Below, in pieces: positions 40,166-54,460 of a stretch of 64,000 nucleotides of DNA. Numbering within the stretch: the stretch's first letter is position 1; the number at the start of each line of letters is the position of its first letter. This DNA comes from Chrysomallon squamiferum (lineage: Eukaryota; Animalia; Mollusca), in assembly GCA_012295275.1 (NCBI GenBank), contig CM022674.1, forward strand, positions 13,578,001 through 13,642,000, given 5' to 3'. Below the pieces are notes generated by a model. That model saw only the letters and a program-made list of their open reading frames with translations. It had not been told where the DNA came from and did not search any database. Both the position numbers and the translations under genes were made by a program.

Positions 40166-40784
40166 TATTATTATTATTATTGTTGTTGTTGTTGTTGTTG
40201 TTGTTGCTATTGTTGTTGTTTAATACCTAAACACTACGACCTCCACAACTAAAGCTAATTCACCCTTCTGTTTTTTTTTTCTGAATTCCTCGAGCCGCTC
40301 CTCACTGACCCAGATTCTTCTCCGAAATTAGCGTCTTGGGAAGTACGAGAAAGGAGTGTGTTAGAAGTTACTTAGACTATATGTCTGTTCGCTTATTTCC
40401 GCCAGTCTTTTCCGTCAATTTCCGGAGGCGTCCGGATGCTCGCCTGCTGTCGGTCGTTTTAGCGAAGCACTCAAAGACACAGGAACGCCTTTGTTTTACA
40501 CTATCGATTCTAACGACATAAACTTCAATTTCTCCTTATGAGTTATCTTCGTTCAGTAACCGCAGTATTTTCTTCTGTTTCTGTTTGATTACAGAATGTT
40601 CTCGATTATTGTTTTCTGGTTTATTATTAACTACAACAAAAGAGGTTAGAGATCAAATATGTTACAAAAAACGCTAACATGGAGAAAAGTGGTGAAGTTG
40701 GGAATTTATCTAACTCAGCGATAGGACTTGTGTTCAGTGTAAGACAGCTATTGTCTTTATCAGAGAAATAGATAGGTAGACATA

Positions 40785-41050
40785 CAGATAGATAGAGAGA
40801 CACACATTCCAAGATACATACATACATACATAGATCAAAAATAGACAGACAGATAGATAGACAGATATACAGCGATAGGTAGGTACAAATAGATAGAGAG
40901 AGATAAAAAAAGATAGATAGACAGATATACAGAGATAGATATAGAGAGATAAAGCTAGAGAGACAGACATACATACAGACAGACATAGAGGTAGAGACAT
41001 AGATAAATAGAAATATAGACAGACAGAAAGACAGACAGATTGATAGATAA
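40785..41050. repeat. Compound (GATA)/(GACA) microsatellite
   Basis: Directly visible, degenerate. Confidence 0.85.
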
Positions 41051-42195
41051 TATAAATGTAGACATAAAAAAAGATATGGACAGAGAATTGTACAAAAAAA
41101 TCTACACTACATGAAACTGTGTTGTGTAACAGCACTTGACATTTATAGTCGTCAGCAAAAAAATAAAAATAAAAATAAAATAAAAAGTAGAACAAATAAA
41201 ATAATAAAAAAATTCACGCGCTTGGAAGAAAGAAAAAGAAAAAGTGAACAATGTCAGTTATTAGACGTACATAATTTTACGTAATTATAACGTGTTTTTA
41301 CTTTACATTTCTCTCTTTCTTTATACATTCCTATTTTTACGTCTATCCGTACATATTTATCTTCATCAATCCATCTACACATCTTTCAATCTATTCACCT
41401 ATGTGTATACAAACATGTTTCTGTATGTATATTGTCCCTGCATACGAAGGCACTGAAGACCTCAGCTGTTGATCCGATAGCCGGGTAGGGATAATAATTA
41501 TTTACCTAACGTTATTATCGCTTTCTGCACCGGACCGATGGTCTTGCTATCCGGCTCCACTGCAACAGCTGTGAGCCGATGTTTCTAATTGCAGAACCAA
41601 ATTAAATAACTCGCTCACGAGACGTGCATGTTCAGTGTATCTGAGGTCAAACTGCAGAGGTCGAAGGTCACTGATCTGTCGTCTGCTGGCTTTCCGTATC
41701 GAGTGGGAGTTGTTTGGGTACAGCTGCGTTTGGCGAGTTTAGGAAGGAAGGAAATGTTTGTGTTCAATGATAAACTCGACTCAGTTAGTTTGCATGAAAC
41801 ATCGCAGTTAATGACCCATTGGTTAACGAATGACGTAACCCCGTTCAGTGGGCTACTCTTTCTAATTAGCCAGCAAGTGACCTTTTAAAAAGCACCACCC
41901 CACACACAGAACAGTATATACCACGGTCAGTGGACTGAAATGGATTGAAATTAAGGCGTGTACGTATATGTATATATGAGAATATACATGTGTTTCGATT
42001 TTCTATGATTATGAGAAAGTTTTTGTACGTGAGAAGATTAACATTTGTAATACGGTATTACAATAAAATGCTAAAATTGAGTAATTAGTTGTAGTAGTAG
42101 TAGTACATACATATACATATATCGATATATATACATATATATATTCACAAACACATACATATACATACGTTCACATACATACATAATACAAAGTT

Positions 42196-42373
42196 GTCTT
42201 GATGGCCGAATGGTAACATAGTCCGCCTTCGGAGTGAGGGCGAATGGGTGTCATACGTTCGAGTCTCGTCAGCGGCATCTGACGGGTTTGTGAGGTCGTG
42301 ATTGAACTTTGTCATCCTGCGTCACTGCCGAATGTTGTCTATGTGCAGAGTCTAATCAGACGTACACAAGACA
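42196..42373 (+). mobile_element. tRNA-derived SINE with intact Pol III internal promoter head
   Basis: A box TGGCCGAATGG (42203-42213) and B box GTTCGAGTC (42257-42265) at tRNA-like spacing, followed by a non-tRNA body shared with the copy at 36475 and an A/C-rich tail. Confidence 0.8.
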
Positions 42374-42941
42374 GAAAATATTCAAATTATAAAATATACA
42401 AAACACACACACGCACACGCACACACATTCACACACACACACAAATTATTAACACAGCGAAGCAAGTTGTTGTTTTGACCTACATACATATTAATCAGCC
42501 TCTCATTGGCCAGAACAAAGCAAAAATGTATGTCAGAATGATGATGGACGTCGTCGTCGTCGAGGTTGTTGTCGTTGAAGACGATTAAAATTAAAAGCCG
42601 TGAAGTTCTATTATGATCAACTTGCTCTTGTTTTTCAATCGCTTTCCACGGGCAATGCATTACACTTAAAGTGACGTGGACTGCGTTAATCAGAAATCAA
42701 TTTTCTCACGAGCACCGGCGTCGTCGTCTTATCTGTGGGAACAGGTTAGCTGCGAGGAGAGCGACAAAAAAGAGAAAGTCACCGCCTAAAGAAACGTGTG
42801 CAGGAGAAAAATAAATTTCTTAATGTCATCGCTCTGTGAAGTAGCGCAGTTCTGCAAAATGTGTTGTTAATCTGAACTGGTGGATAAACTTTGTTGTGGG
42901 TCAGAGAGTGCTGTCTTGCCGAAAAGTATTTTTTATTTATT

Positions 42942-42991
<50 letters not shown>

Positions 42992-43052
42992 CGTCATTAT
43001 TAATTAACTGATAATAATAACAATAACAATAATAATAATAACTTATCATCAG

Positions 43053-43085
<33 letters not shown>

Positions 43086-44507
43086 CATTTCATTATCATT
43101 ATAATAATAATAATTATTATTATCATCATCATCATCATCATCATCATCATTATTATTATTATTATAATTTAAAAGGAAACATTCAAAATTTAATATAACA
43201 ATTGTATAAGACACAGTTGTGTTTTTTTTTTTAGCAGACCCATCTTTATTTTCTTTATAATAATAATAATTAAAAAAAAAAATTAATTTAAAAAACTGTT
43301 TTATTTTCTCCATAAACAAAGATAGCGTTCTGTTTTTGAAAGTAAAAACAGTGTTTAAAAAAAAAAAAAGAATAAATTTTATTACTGTCGGACATTTTGT
43401 ATTACGTATAATTATGACGTCAAAATTATTTCATGTATTTCAGAAACAATTTATTTTACCAAGTATTATTACCATTGTTAAATCTGAATGACGTTTGATT
43501 GTGACGTACAGAATTGTGGAAACAGCTTTTAATAAAATATACGTTGTTATTTTACGTTTTATATGACGTGTGATTGCGAAATAATAAAATTATAATGGTT
43601 TGAAAATATATCATTAAAATTTGGTCACTTTATGTGATATATGATCAAGAGAAAACGTATGGTAGAAAGAGGCAAAACTGCCAATTTTGTGAATGAATTG
43701 GTTGCAGAGGAGAATGGAAGAGTGGTATGCTTGTGAATAGGTTAGTGAGAGATAATAGAAAACGGTTAGTGATTTTGTCTTCGAATTAGCAAATTCGATC
43801 GCAAAACATGACAGCGCAACCAAATTACTTTACCTTTAAAGATTCAAGTAAAAGAAGGCGATTTTCTTGTTTGTGCTTATGTCTATGTGTTTGTGTGTGT
43901 GTGTGTCTGTGTGTATATGTGTGTGTCTGCCTGTATGTGTGTGTGTGTGTGTGTATGTGTGTCCTGCGTGCTTGTGTGTGTGTGTCTGTTGTTGTTTTTT
44001 TGTTTATAGTTTATACAGGTTTTTCACTTTACTGTTTCATGCATCTTGAAAGAACCCTCCAAATTTTATTTTATTCCTTTTCAGATCCGCTGTTGTTTTT
44101 TCTTAAGTATCTCCATCATGAAATATTTGTCATTTCGAGTTCTCGTGTTTCACACTCAAACTTGCTTGAAAGCTGTATCTGGCTTCAGAAGGAAAAAAAA
44201 AAAAAAAACATATCGAGTTTCTTGTTTATGGTTGGCTTTTTGCCCATCTCTACCCAGCAATACGTCACTGAAGAATTTAACAAAATTTAATACGCTTTAT
44301 TAACATCGTACAATTTATATGATACACATTTATGACGTATGATTAGTTGTATCAAAATAAGAATAGATTAAAATTACTTGGCCTATGATTACTGTTAGTT
44401 ATTCTGGTTGTTTTTCCTTTTAAATAATTTTATTCACGAAGCTCAAAACAGTAGTAACGACTTTAGTTGATGTTTCAGTTTTCATTATTAGCATTATTAT
44501 TATTATT

Positions 44508-44549
<42 letters not shown>

Positions 44550-45100
44550 ACTGTTGTTGTTATTGTTGTTTTTGTTGTCATTATTATTATTGGTTTTTCT
44601 TGTCGTTATTGTTGTTGTTGTTTTTATTGGGTTTTTTTGTTGTTATTATTATTAAATAAATTATGAAATGATACTGTCATATTGTAGTATAATAACAAAA
44701 TACACTGTTGCCCTACAAAGTTGACACACAAGTTTAAAAATACTCTAAAATAAGTGCACGTACATACACGACTATTCTGATTGCTCAATAAATTATATAT
44801 TTAGCAAATTTGCGATGTAAAACGGGGCTTTAGGAAAGTCCCAGACGGTGAAAATATTAATACAGAAGACGACATAGACTAAATCTCAAAATTACACAAA
44901 ATAGCACGTTACTCTGAAGATCAATCAGACAGTCTCTCTCTCAACTACTTGATGTATCATCATTCGTACCGATTAGTTACGTGTTCATTGTACATGACGT
45001 ATAATGACGACAAATAACTTAATATGACGTAATAGAGATATATAGGGAAGTAGATCGGATTGATAATCGGACGACGCACGTGAATACACGTGGTATATGT

Positions 45101-46765
45101 TATGGTATTGTGTGACGTGGCATGGTATTGTGTGACGTGGCATGGTATCGTGTGACGTGGTATGGTATCGTGTGACGTGGTATAGTATCGTGTGACGTGG
45201 TATGGTATCGTATGACGTGGTATGGTACTGTGTGACGTGGTATGGTATTGTGTGACGTGGTATGGTATCGTGTGACGTGGTATGGTATTGTGTGACGTGG
45301 TATGGTATTGTGTGACGTGGTATGGTATCGTGTGACGTGGTATGGTATTGTGTGACGTGGTATGGTATTGTGTGACGTGGTATGGTATTGTGTGACGTGG
45401 TATGGTATTGTGTGACGTGGTATGGTATTGTGTGACGTGGTATGGTGACGTGGTATGGTATTGTATGGTATGGTATTGTGTGACGTGGTATGGTATTGTG
45501 TGACGTGGTATGGTATGGTATTGGTATGTGTGACGTGGTATGGTATGTATGACGTGGTATGGTATTGTGTGACGTGGTATGGTATTGTATGACGTGGTAT
45601 GGTATTGTATGACGTGGTATGGTATTGTATGACGTGGTATGGTATTGTGTGACGTGGTATGGTATTGTGTATGACGTGGTATGGTATTGTATGACGTGGT
45701 ATGGTATTGTGTGACGTGGTATGGTATTGTATGACGTGGTATGGTATTGTGTGACGTGGTATGGTATTGTATGACGTGGTATGGTATTGTGTGACGTGGT
45801 ATGGTATTGTGTGACGTGGTATGGTATTGTGTGACGTGGTATGGTATTGTGTGACGTGGTATGGTATTGTGTGACGTGGTATGGTATTGTGTGACGTGGT
45901 ATGGTATGTGACGACGTGGTATGGTATGGTATGACGTGGTGGTATGGTATTGTGTGACGTGGTATGGTATTGTGTGACGTGGTATGGTATGTGACGTGGT
46001 ATATATTGACGTGGTATGGTATGTGACGTGGTATGGTATTGTGTGACGTGGTATGGTATTGTGTGACGTGGTATGGTATTGTATGACGTGGTATGGTATT
46101 GTGTGACGTGGTATGGTATTGTGTGACGTGGTATGGTATTGTGTGACGTGGTATGGTATTGTATGACGTGGTATGGTATGTGTGACGTGTGACGTATGAC
46201 GTGGTATGGTATTGTGTGACGTGGTATGGTATTGTGTGACGTGGTATGGTATTGTGTGACGTGGTATGGTATTGTGTGACGTGGTATGGTATTCTATGAC
46301 GTGGTATGGTATTGTGTGACGTGGTATGGTATTGTATGACGTGGTATGGTATTGTGTGACGTGGTATGGTATTGTGTGACGTGGTATGGTATTGTGTGAC
46401 GTGGTATGGTATTGTGTGACGTGGTATGGTATTGTATGACGTGGTATGGTATTGTGTGACGTGGTATAGTATTGTGTGACGTGGTATGGTATTGTGTGAC
46501 GTGGTATGGTATTGTATGACGTGGTATGGTATTGTGTGACGTGGTATGGTATTGTGTGACGTATGGTATGGTATTGTGTAATGGTATTGTGACGTGGTAT
46601 GGTATTGTGTGACGTGGTATGGTATTGTGTGTGACGTGGTATGGTATTGTGTGACGTGGTATGGTATTGTGTGACGTGGTATGGATTGTATGACGTATGG
46701 TATATGGTAGATGGTATTGTGTGACGTGGTATAGTATTGTGTGACGTAGTATGGTATTGTGAGTA
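45101..46765. repeat. 20-bp minisatellite (TATGGTATTGTGTGACGTGG)n, roughly 80 units
   Basis: Highly homogeneous array with GTGT/GTAT and ATTG/ATCG variants and occasional indels. Source of the 603-aa and 163-aa minus-strand ORFs. Confidence 0.97.
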
Positions 46766-46822
46766 TGGCACGGAATGTTGACCATGGTATGGTAGAGTAT
46801 AGTATTGGACGTAGTATGGTAG

Positions 46823-46825
<3 letters not shown>

Positions 46826-46899
<74 letters not shown>

Positions 46900-46924
46900 T
46901 CTAGAGAGAGATTTATGGAGAGAG

Positions 46925-46970
<46 letters not shown>

Positions 46971-47090
46971 TATTTATTTATTTACTTATTATTATTATTA
47001 TTATATTTATTTATTTATTTTATTTCATTTTATTTTATTTTATTTTATTTTATTTTATTTTATTTTATTTTATTTTATTTTATTTTTTTA
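46826..47090. repeat. (GA)n, (ATT)n and (TTTTA)n microsatellites abutting the 20-bp array
   Basis: Directly visible. Confidence 0.9.
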
Positions 47091-47652
47091 ATTAATATTC
47101 ATTCATTATTATTATTCTAATTTTTATTTTTTTATAATTATTTTTTTTTTATTTATTTGGAAGTCACTTCATGATTTCAGCATCCCATTTAAATACAAAA
47201 GATTCAAAATTCAGTAACGACTTTTAACAAAACAAAATCAGGAAACACAATTTTGTGGGGGCAAAAATATCATCATCAACATCATCATCATCGCCGTCAT
47301 TAGCAACAAGAGAGAATAGCATTCTCCTCTTTAACTTCTCCTCACGTCGACTGAACAGAGCCCACATAAGAAACAGGAAACAGGCCATTAAGTTCATGTT
47401 ATCAGAAAAAACAAAACGTGAAAGAAAAAGAAATGATTTTTTTTTGCAATTTAAATGTTTCCAACGTTTGTTGCATGGGTTACATTTGCACCAAAAATTT
47501 AAAAAAATTTTAAAAAAAATATACAGGGTTGTGGAGGGAAGAATAATTATGGCGTTTACGTTTGTAGTTGAAATTTACGCAACATTTGTTTTGTGAATCG
47601 CTTGTGTCTGTGTGTGATACGATATGACACGAGGAGGACAAATTAACAATGT

Positions 47653-47884
47653 CAAGGCCGTAACTAGGCTCTTTTTGAAATGAGTCAAAAACGCTTACTC
47701 GCGGGGCAAAAAACAATTTGGGTGAGAGTTGTGGTGGCCGTCTAAGGCCCCCAGAAGCTCCGATTTGAAATAATAGAGATTTATATTTTATATTTTTTAA
47801 ATAAATATTTGTGTGAAAAAAAACAAAGAAGAAAAAAGATCGGTAATTTCGGTACGAGGATTTGCCTCAATGTAGTACGACTAG
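47653..47884. mobile_element. Probable decayed MITE (PIF/Harbinger-like ends)
   Basis: Left end CAAGGCCGTAACTAGG; right end TGCCTCAATGTAGTACGACTAG (imperfect inverted match GYCGTA(A)CTA). The internal GGCCGTCTAAGGCCCCCAGAAGCTC resembles a motif I recall from non-autonomous DNA elements of aquatic invertebrates. TSD not resolved. Confidence 0.4.
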
Positions 47885-49994
47885 GAATGGTATCCATGTT
47901 TGCAGTTAAAGATCTCTGAGGTTTGTTAACTGAATTTGAGAAATCCAGAGTTTCAGAACAAGATGCAGACGATATCTAAGTCTGCAATTAAAATGTAGAC
48001 CTAATGTTTATTACGAGTAGCAGCATTAAGTATTGGTTTTCAAATTATTAAACAAGAACATAAGAAAGAAATTAAAAAAAAGAAAAAGAAACGATAATAT
48101 TTTCGATAATTAATTACTCAATGTGTTCTTGATATCAAATGTTTTGATAAAGAAAGAAAAATAAAGTTTGTATTTAAAGAAATAAAAACAAAATAAAATT
48201 TTTTAAAATTAAATTGTATCCAAACATTAGTGTAAGATTTTCTTTTGGCTATGCATATTTCGAGAAAGGACAAAAAAAACAGAACAACAAAACAGAACAA
48301 CAACAACAATAAGAAAAAGAATAAAGGGAATAATAATGAGAACAAGAACAAGGAGAACAAGAACAAGATGAAGAGGGGGAAAAAGAAGAATAAGAATTAA
48401 AGGAAGAAAGAACAAAACGAAAACGTAAAAGAAGGAGAAAAACAAGATGTTAACTTGGACAGGAAAAACAACAAGAAGAAAACGAAGAATAACATGAATA
48501 ACAAAAGAACATGAACAAGAACAAGAAGAGTGAACACGAAGAACGTGCATGTTCAGAATTAAACAAACTTTTAATTTTTATTGTTAGTTTTCTTTTACCA
48601 GTAAATGCTATCAGAAAAACAAAATACATTTTTATATATATATATATATATTACAATTAAAATTTAGATGTGTCACATCAGGCCAAATTCCCATTCCAAC
48701 CACTTGTTATTCAGTGACCGGGTAATGTATGAAGATACTTTTAAAAGAAACCTTTGCAACAAGCATGGCCCGTGAAGCGATGTTACCTCTATCATCATTG
48801 TACACATTTTTACAAATATTTCCACCCAGTAACCTGCCATATTTCAACGCACAGAGAGATCGCGTAAATCAAGAATTATTACTTTTATTTTTTTACCATT
48901 AACATTCGCCAGGATTTTCTGTGTTTTACAACAAGAACCAGCACGGTTGTTGTAAATCTATCACTTAGACAAGTTTCGTTACACCAAAGTGAACGGATTC
49001 CCAACTGCAGGGATCAGCTTCTGACCACGGCTATAGCGAACAAATAAAAAAAAAAATTAAAAAAAAAAAGAATTACACCTACACGTGTATTTCGCGTGTA
49101 AAACCCGCTCAAGCCGAGATTTGAGAAATGATGTTTACGGCTGCGGTCGTGTTTGCTGAAATACCTGCTCCCTTTGATCTAACTTCAAACTGTGGCGTGA
49201 GACCCTCAGTAACGTTTGGACCAACTATAGTCTGTGCGAAGCGTTTCAAAGCGCAGCCTCGTAATGAATCGATCTTCGCCAGCGCCCTCTCGCGACTGCG
49301 AAAGGAGAGACGCGAAAGACGGAGGGAGAAAAAAAAAATCATTATTCTTGAGCTGAAAACTCGCCCAGCACCAAGCATACGCGCACTGAAATTAAATGCT
49401 GGCACAAGTAACTCAGTCTTTTACACAGGATATTCCGAGTTGCCAGGTAGGATCTTATCGTTTTCTAAAATTCATATTTGTTTTTATTTTATTACATTCA
49501 GTTTTATTTTAGTTTAGTTTATTTCTTTCTTTTTTTTTTTCTTTATTTCTTTCAATAATTTCATTAATTTATTTATTTAATGTTGATTTACTTATTCATT
49601 ACTTTATCGTTTTAATTAATTAATTTTGTTTTTGTATTTATTGACATATTGGTTTGTCTATATTCTTCTGTTTATTTTATGGCGTTTTTTCTTAATTACT
49701 TATTTACTTTTCTCTCTGTTTTTTTTTTTTTTAATTTATTTACTTAGTCATTTCTCAATCGCCTTTTTGTTAGCACACAATACTTTTCTGATTATTTATT
49801 TAGCGATCTGTTTAAACTATTGAAACATTAGCTAGTTATTTTATTTTATTTAGTTATTAATTTTATTATGTATATACGTATTTATATATCAGTTATTTAT
49901 TTCCATGCGATTTTATTTATTGGTAGATATTTATTTCGTAAGTTTCGTAAAAATGTTCTGATAAAGACTGATACCAACATCATAGATTGAAACT

Positions 49995-50030
<36 letters not shown>

Positions 50031-50044
50031 GGTTGATGTTGTTG

Positions 50045-50078
<34 letters not shown>

Positions 50079-50609
50079 GCACATAATATCTTACAACATT
50101 ACATTATATTTAAAATTAATGCATATTGTTGCGTTTACACTGAAATCCTATTACGTTCACGATTGAGCAGAAAAGATAAGATTAATTTGTTTGTACATCT
50201 TTGATAATTCATCCAGAATAAAGTTGTCGCTTATTTAGCTTAATACTTGCTAACCGTTTGGTGTTCACTGATGTATGTTTATATCTATGTTTAGTGTCTG
50301 TATTATAAATAAATACATTAACAACAATAAATACCAGCTGTATTCTGAAAAGTGTAATATTAATAATACATCTTCTAAGTCGATAATCATTCTATTTCTC
50401 TCTCCTTTTCTCTTTACATCCTTCGATGTATATATCTTTTTCTCACACACACTCTCTCTCTATCTATCATTTCTGTCTTTCATTTTGTCGTTCTCTCATT
50501 CTTTAGATCTTTAACTTTTTCTTTCATTCGTTCTTGCTCTGTTCGCATTTTCTCTTTATTCGTGCCTGTATGACTATGTATATATATATATATATATATA
50601 ATTCCGTGC

Positions 50610-50715
<106 letters not shown>

Positions 50716-51319
50716 GTATGTATATTCTTTCTCTTTCTCTGTTAGTCTTCCAGCCTTCTATCCTTTTTCATCGCTCCATAAAAATCACAATCATCAGCTA
50801 TAAAATCTTTCTACAGATCTTGTTGTGAATTTTCTTTTTCTAAATTTCTTCAAGGATTCAAGGGTTTTCATGTTTATCTTAGAATCAGCTCGCAGTGAGA
50901 TAGTCACAGCTGTTAGTAACTTCAGAGCTTTTGTCTTATCACAGAAATATAAAATTTTCTGTACTGATTTATCGTTCTTATTGAGCTAAATATTCAAATT
51001 TAACTTCTGTTAATATCGGGTATTTATTAAATCGGGTAGACCGGAATCGACGTGTTATCTAAGAATACAAGAAGTATTAAAATAACATACGTATGTAAAT
51101 CTACTACCAACATTATGAATTTGTTGTCATAACTTACACGCTTCAAATTCCTTCTTAGAACGACCAGGTATTGTTTAAACAAACAAACACAACAGACAAG
51201 CAAACAAACAAACAAAACAGACAAGCAAACAAACAAACAAACAAACAAACCAAAAAAAAAAAACGAGAAAAAAAAAACATATGATGTTATGTATTACTGA
51301 CAACATGGACCAGAACATG

Positions 51320-51540
51320 TATAGATTTATTAAAAACCTTATACGTTTAAAACCATATCCAGCAATCTGTTCATTAAAATAATACGACTATTCTATGGAG
51401 CAATATTAATGCCCCGGTTGTCAGACTTTATTAAAAGAACATACAGGTTTAAACCAGATCGACCAACGTTATGGATTTATTAAAATAATCTGCCATCTTC
51501 AATCAGGTATGCGACAACGCGGGCTTTAATAAAATTAACA
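51320..51540. repeat. Highly decayed ~50-bp tandem repeat
   Basis: TTTATTAAAA-type anchors at ~51324, 51369, 51424, 51473 and 51522; ATAC.G(T)TTAAA(A)CCA.ATC is shared by two units. Confidence 0.55.
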
Positions 51541-52160
51541 ACATAATAATACACGGTTATCTGTGTGCACCTAAGCAATTTATTTAATATATTGCACCTG
51601 TGACCTCTAACAGTGGGACTTTTATTTCAAATTCTTTTATTATTATTTTTTTTTTTTTATTGATTAATATAGTCCTGAATTCAGTTCGTTCCATACGTTT
51701 ATGTTTCCATACAACGGCTGAGACAAACAAAGTAAAATAGTAAATTATTTTATCTTAGCAACGATTCAAGAGTTTACGGATGAAGGGAAAACAGAATGAG
51801 TGAACGTACGTGTAGGTAGGATTACTCGAGAACTGATGCCTTGCACAAGTAGGTTTGAGAGAATGAAGTTGTTTAGTTGTTGATAACCGTTTTTTTTCAC
51901 GTCCGATACAATAACCGCGCTTTGTGCTGAGCGAAGACGTAACGGAGTGTTTTTGTTTCGTGTTTCTATTTGTTTATTTTCCTTTTCGTTTATTTTGTTT
52001 ATTTTTATTTTTTTATTTTTTTTTTTTATTTTTTTTTTCTTCTTCTTCTTATTATTATTATTTGTGAGATCACTGATTAGTTTGTTTATTTAATTATTTT
52101 ATTTATTTATTTTTAATTTATTTAAAGTGTGTATTTTATTTATCTGTCTATTTATCGATA

Positions 52161-52213
<53 letters not shown>

Positions 52214-52406
52214 CAGTCTGTTTGTATATTTAATTACTTACTAACTTACTTAACTACTTACTTACTTACTTACTTTACTTACCTAGTTAATTATTTACTT
52301 ACTTATTTACATACAATTAACTGTTTGTTTTCCTTCTAGTTTGGGTTTACTGCTGTATTGATAAATTTTACCAACTACGTTTTTTTATGTATCAGGGCTT
52401 ACGTGA

Positions 52407-52467
<61 letters not shown>

Positions 52468-53139
52468 CGCACACACACACACACACACACACAAACAAAA
52501 TTTACTGAGTCTAATAAAATGACACCCACATTACAATTTATATTCGTTAAACTTACTGGGTTTTTTTTTTTCATGACAACGTTAACTCTGCGAAGACTTC
52601 AGACTTTTATTAAACGTCTGTGACTGAAAAACAAATCAGCTTTGAATTGAAGGGATGTTTGTCTGTTCCTTTCGATTCAGAGCATCACAAACGTAGACCA
52701 TTCTACCTACATCTATCTACAAGTAATCTACTTCTCTACGAAATTGTCCCTCGTCACGACACATCGCTTTAACATAACGAAAACATTAGCGATTTATTTT
52801 GGATAACGTAAAACGCCTGGTTATAATTTTTTTTACATTACAAAACTCATAAAACACAGGTTTTGTTATCTTCGTTTAGCTATTTAGCCTCACAACTCGG
52901 TCAAATAAAGATGGAAATCATTGACATGTTTGCTTTTACAAGAAAAAAAAAAAAAAAAAAAAATGAAAATGTTGTCTTGTTGCGTGATTTATACAGCGAA
53001 ATGCTGAGTAGGCAGAGATCCTAGCGAATTGTTCGGTATCGGCGGCACAACTTAGATTAACGTATGCTTGATTATTATTACTACTACTATAATCACTACT
53101 ACTAGTATTACTATTATTATTATAATAAATTATCCTCAC

Positions 53140-53190
<51 letters not shown>

Positions 53191-53927
53191 CTTATTAGAT
53201 AAACTGAAACAAAATTAATACATACCTTCATACGTACAAACACAAAAACACACACACACACACACACACAAAATAAAAATACAAAACTCTAGGGTTACGT
53301 AAAATTTTTTTTATTATCACGTCATTTCTTTCACTTCTTCTTCCGTCATTTTTGTTTGTATCCATGGAAACCTGACACGAAGCGGTCTAAGTCGCCATAA
53401 CCCAAGAAGAGAAATAAATACAAGTGACATTTCTTTATTACTTACAAAATCCGTGGCTTTGCAGTGTTTCATTTCGCAGAATCATCATGAATCATTACAC
53501 AGCGCAGACATAAGAAGAAGAAGAAAAAAAAAAAAAAAAAAAAAAAAAGCTTCAGGCTCTTCAAGACGAGAAATCAAAATTGGGCCATGCATTTCCGTTA
53601 TGATTACTGGTTATCATCAATCAGTGACTGTGATTAGTACACTCGCCTCAGCGCTTGTCTGTTCCTGGATCGATTCCTAACGAAGGTCCGTTCGTTTGTT
53701 CGTCTGTTTCCATTCCAGTAACTGTCGTGTGATCGGTTTATCAAAGTCTGTGGGATGTGCTGTGTTGTGTATTTGAATAGGTGTGTGTGTGTAAAATGTT
53801 TAAAAGATTCCTTGCTGTTGAATGATATGCGGGTTTCTTTTCTCGTGTTCCTTATTTTAAATTGGTTAAACATCAAAACTAAATACATACCATTTAATGA
53901 TCGTATTTTATACATATATAGATAGAT

Positions 53928-53936
<9 letters not shown>

Positions 53937-54000
<64 letters not shown>
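53937..54000. repeat. (GATA)n microsatellite
   Basis: Directly visible. Confidence 0.95.
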
Positions 54001-54019
54001 CTAATTTTATATTCATTTC

Positions 54020-54460
54020 TTTATATTCTTAAATGAGTTTCACATTTTAATATTTCAATAAATGAAATCTTCAGTAGTTTTGTTTATTAATTCATTTTGT
54101 TTTCTTTATAGCCTTAAATGAGCCTCATATTTTAATCCTTTTGCGATTTTTGTTATATACTGACGTTTATTTTATAATTTATTTATTTATTTATTTATTT
54201 ATTTATTGTTATTAAGGTTAATTCCCAAATATCTCGAATTGTAATATAGCACTGAGGTCTGCGTATTAATTTATTTATTCTCCTTAAATGGCCCTTACAT
54301 GTTAATACTCTTTTGCTTTTTATTTCTTTATTCTCCTTAAAAAATTTTTATACACTATTATTATATATATTTTTACATTCTCCTTAAAAGTGCCTCATAT
54401 TTTAATAAACTATTTCAATTTTTATTTTTCACGTTCTCCTTAAAAGTGCCTCTGCGATTA
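54020..54460. repeat. Decayed dispersed/tandem repeat with core TTCTCCTTAAA.(G/T)GCCTCATATTTTAAT
   Basis: Core variants at ~54025, 54112, 54278, 54331, 54378 and 54434, with irregular spacing. Confidence 0.65.

Noticed and set aside
42196-42277. Functional tRNA gene
   Set aside because: A and B boxes are present, but the acceptor stem pairs poorly, no oligo-T terminator follows, and the downstream body is shared with a second dispersed copy, which indicates a SINE.
44960-46771. 603-aa minus-strand ORF (HTIPYHVTQYHTTS repeats)
   Set aside because: It is the translation of the 20-bp minisatellite. The unit lacks stops on that strand, and indels shift the frame freely with no sign of coding constraint.
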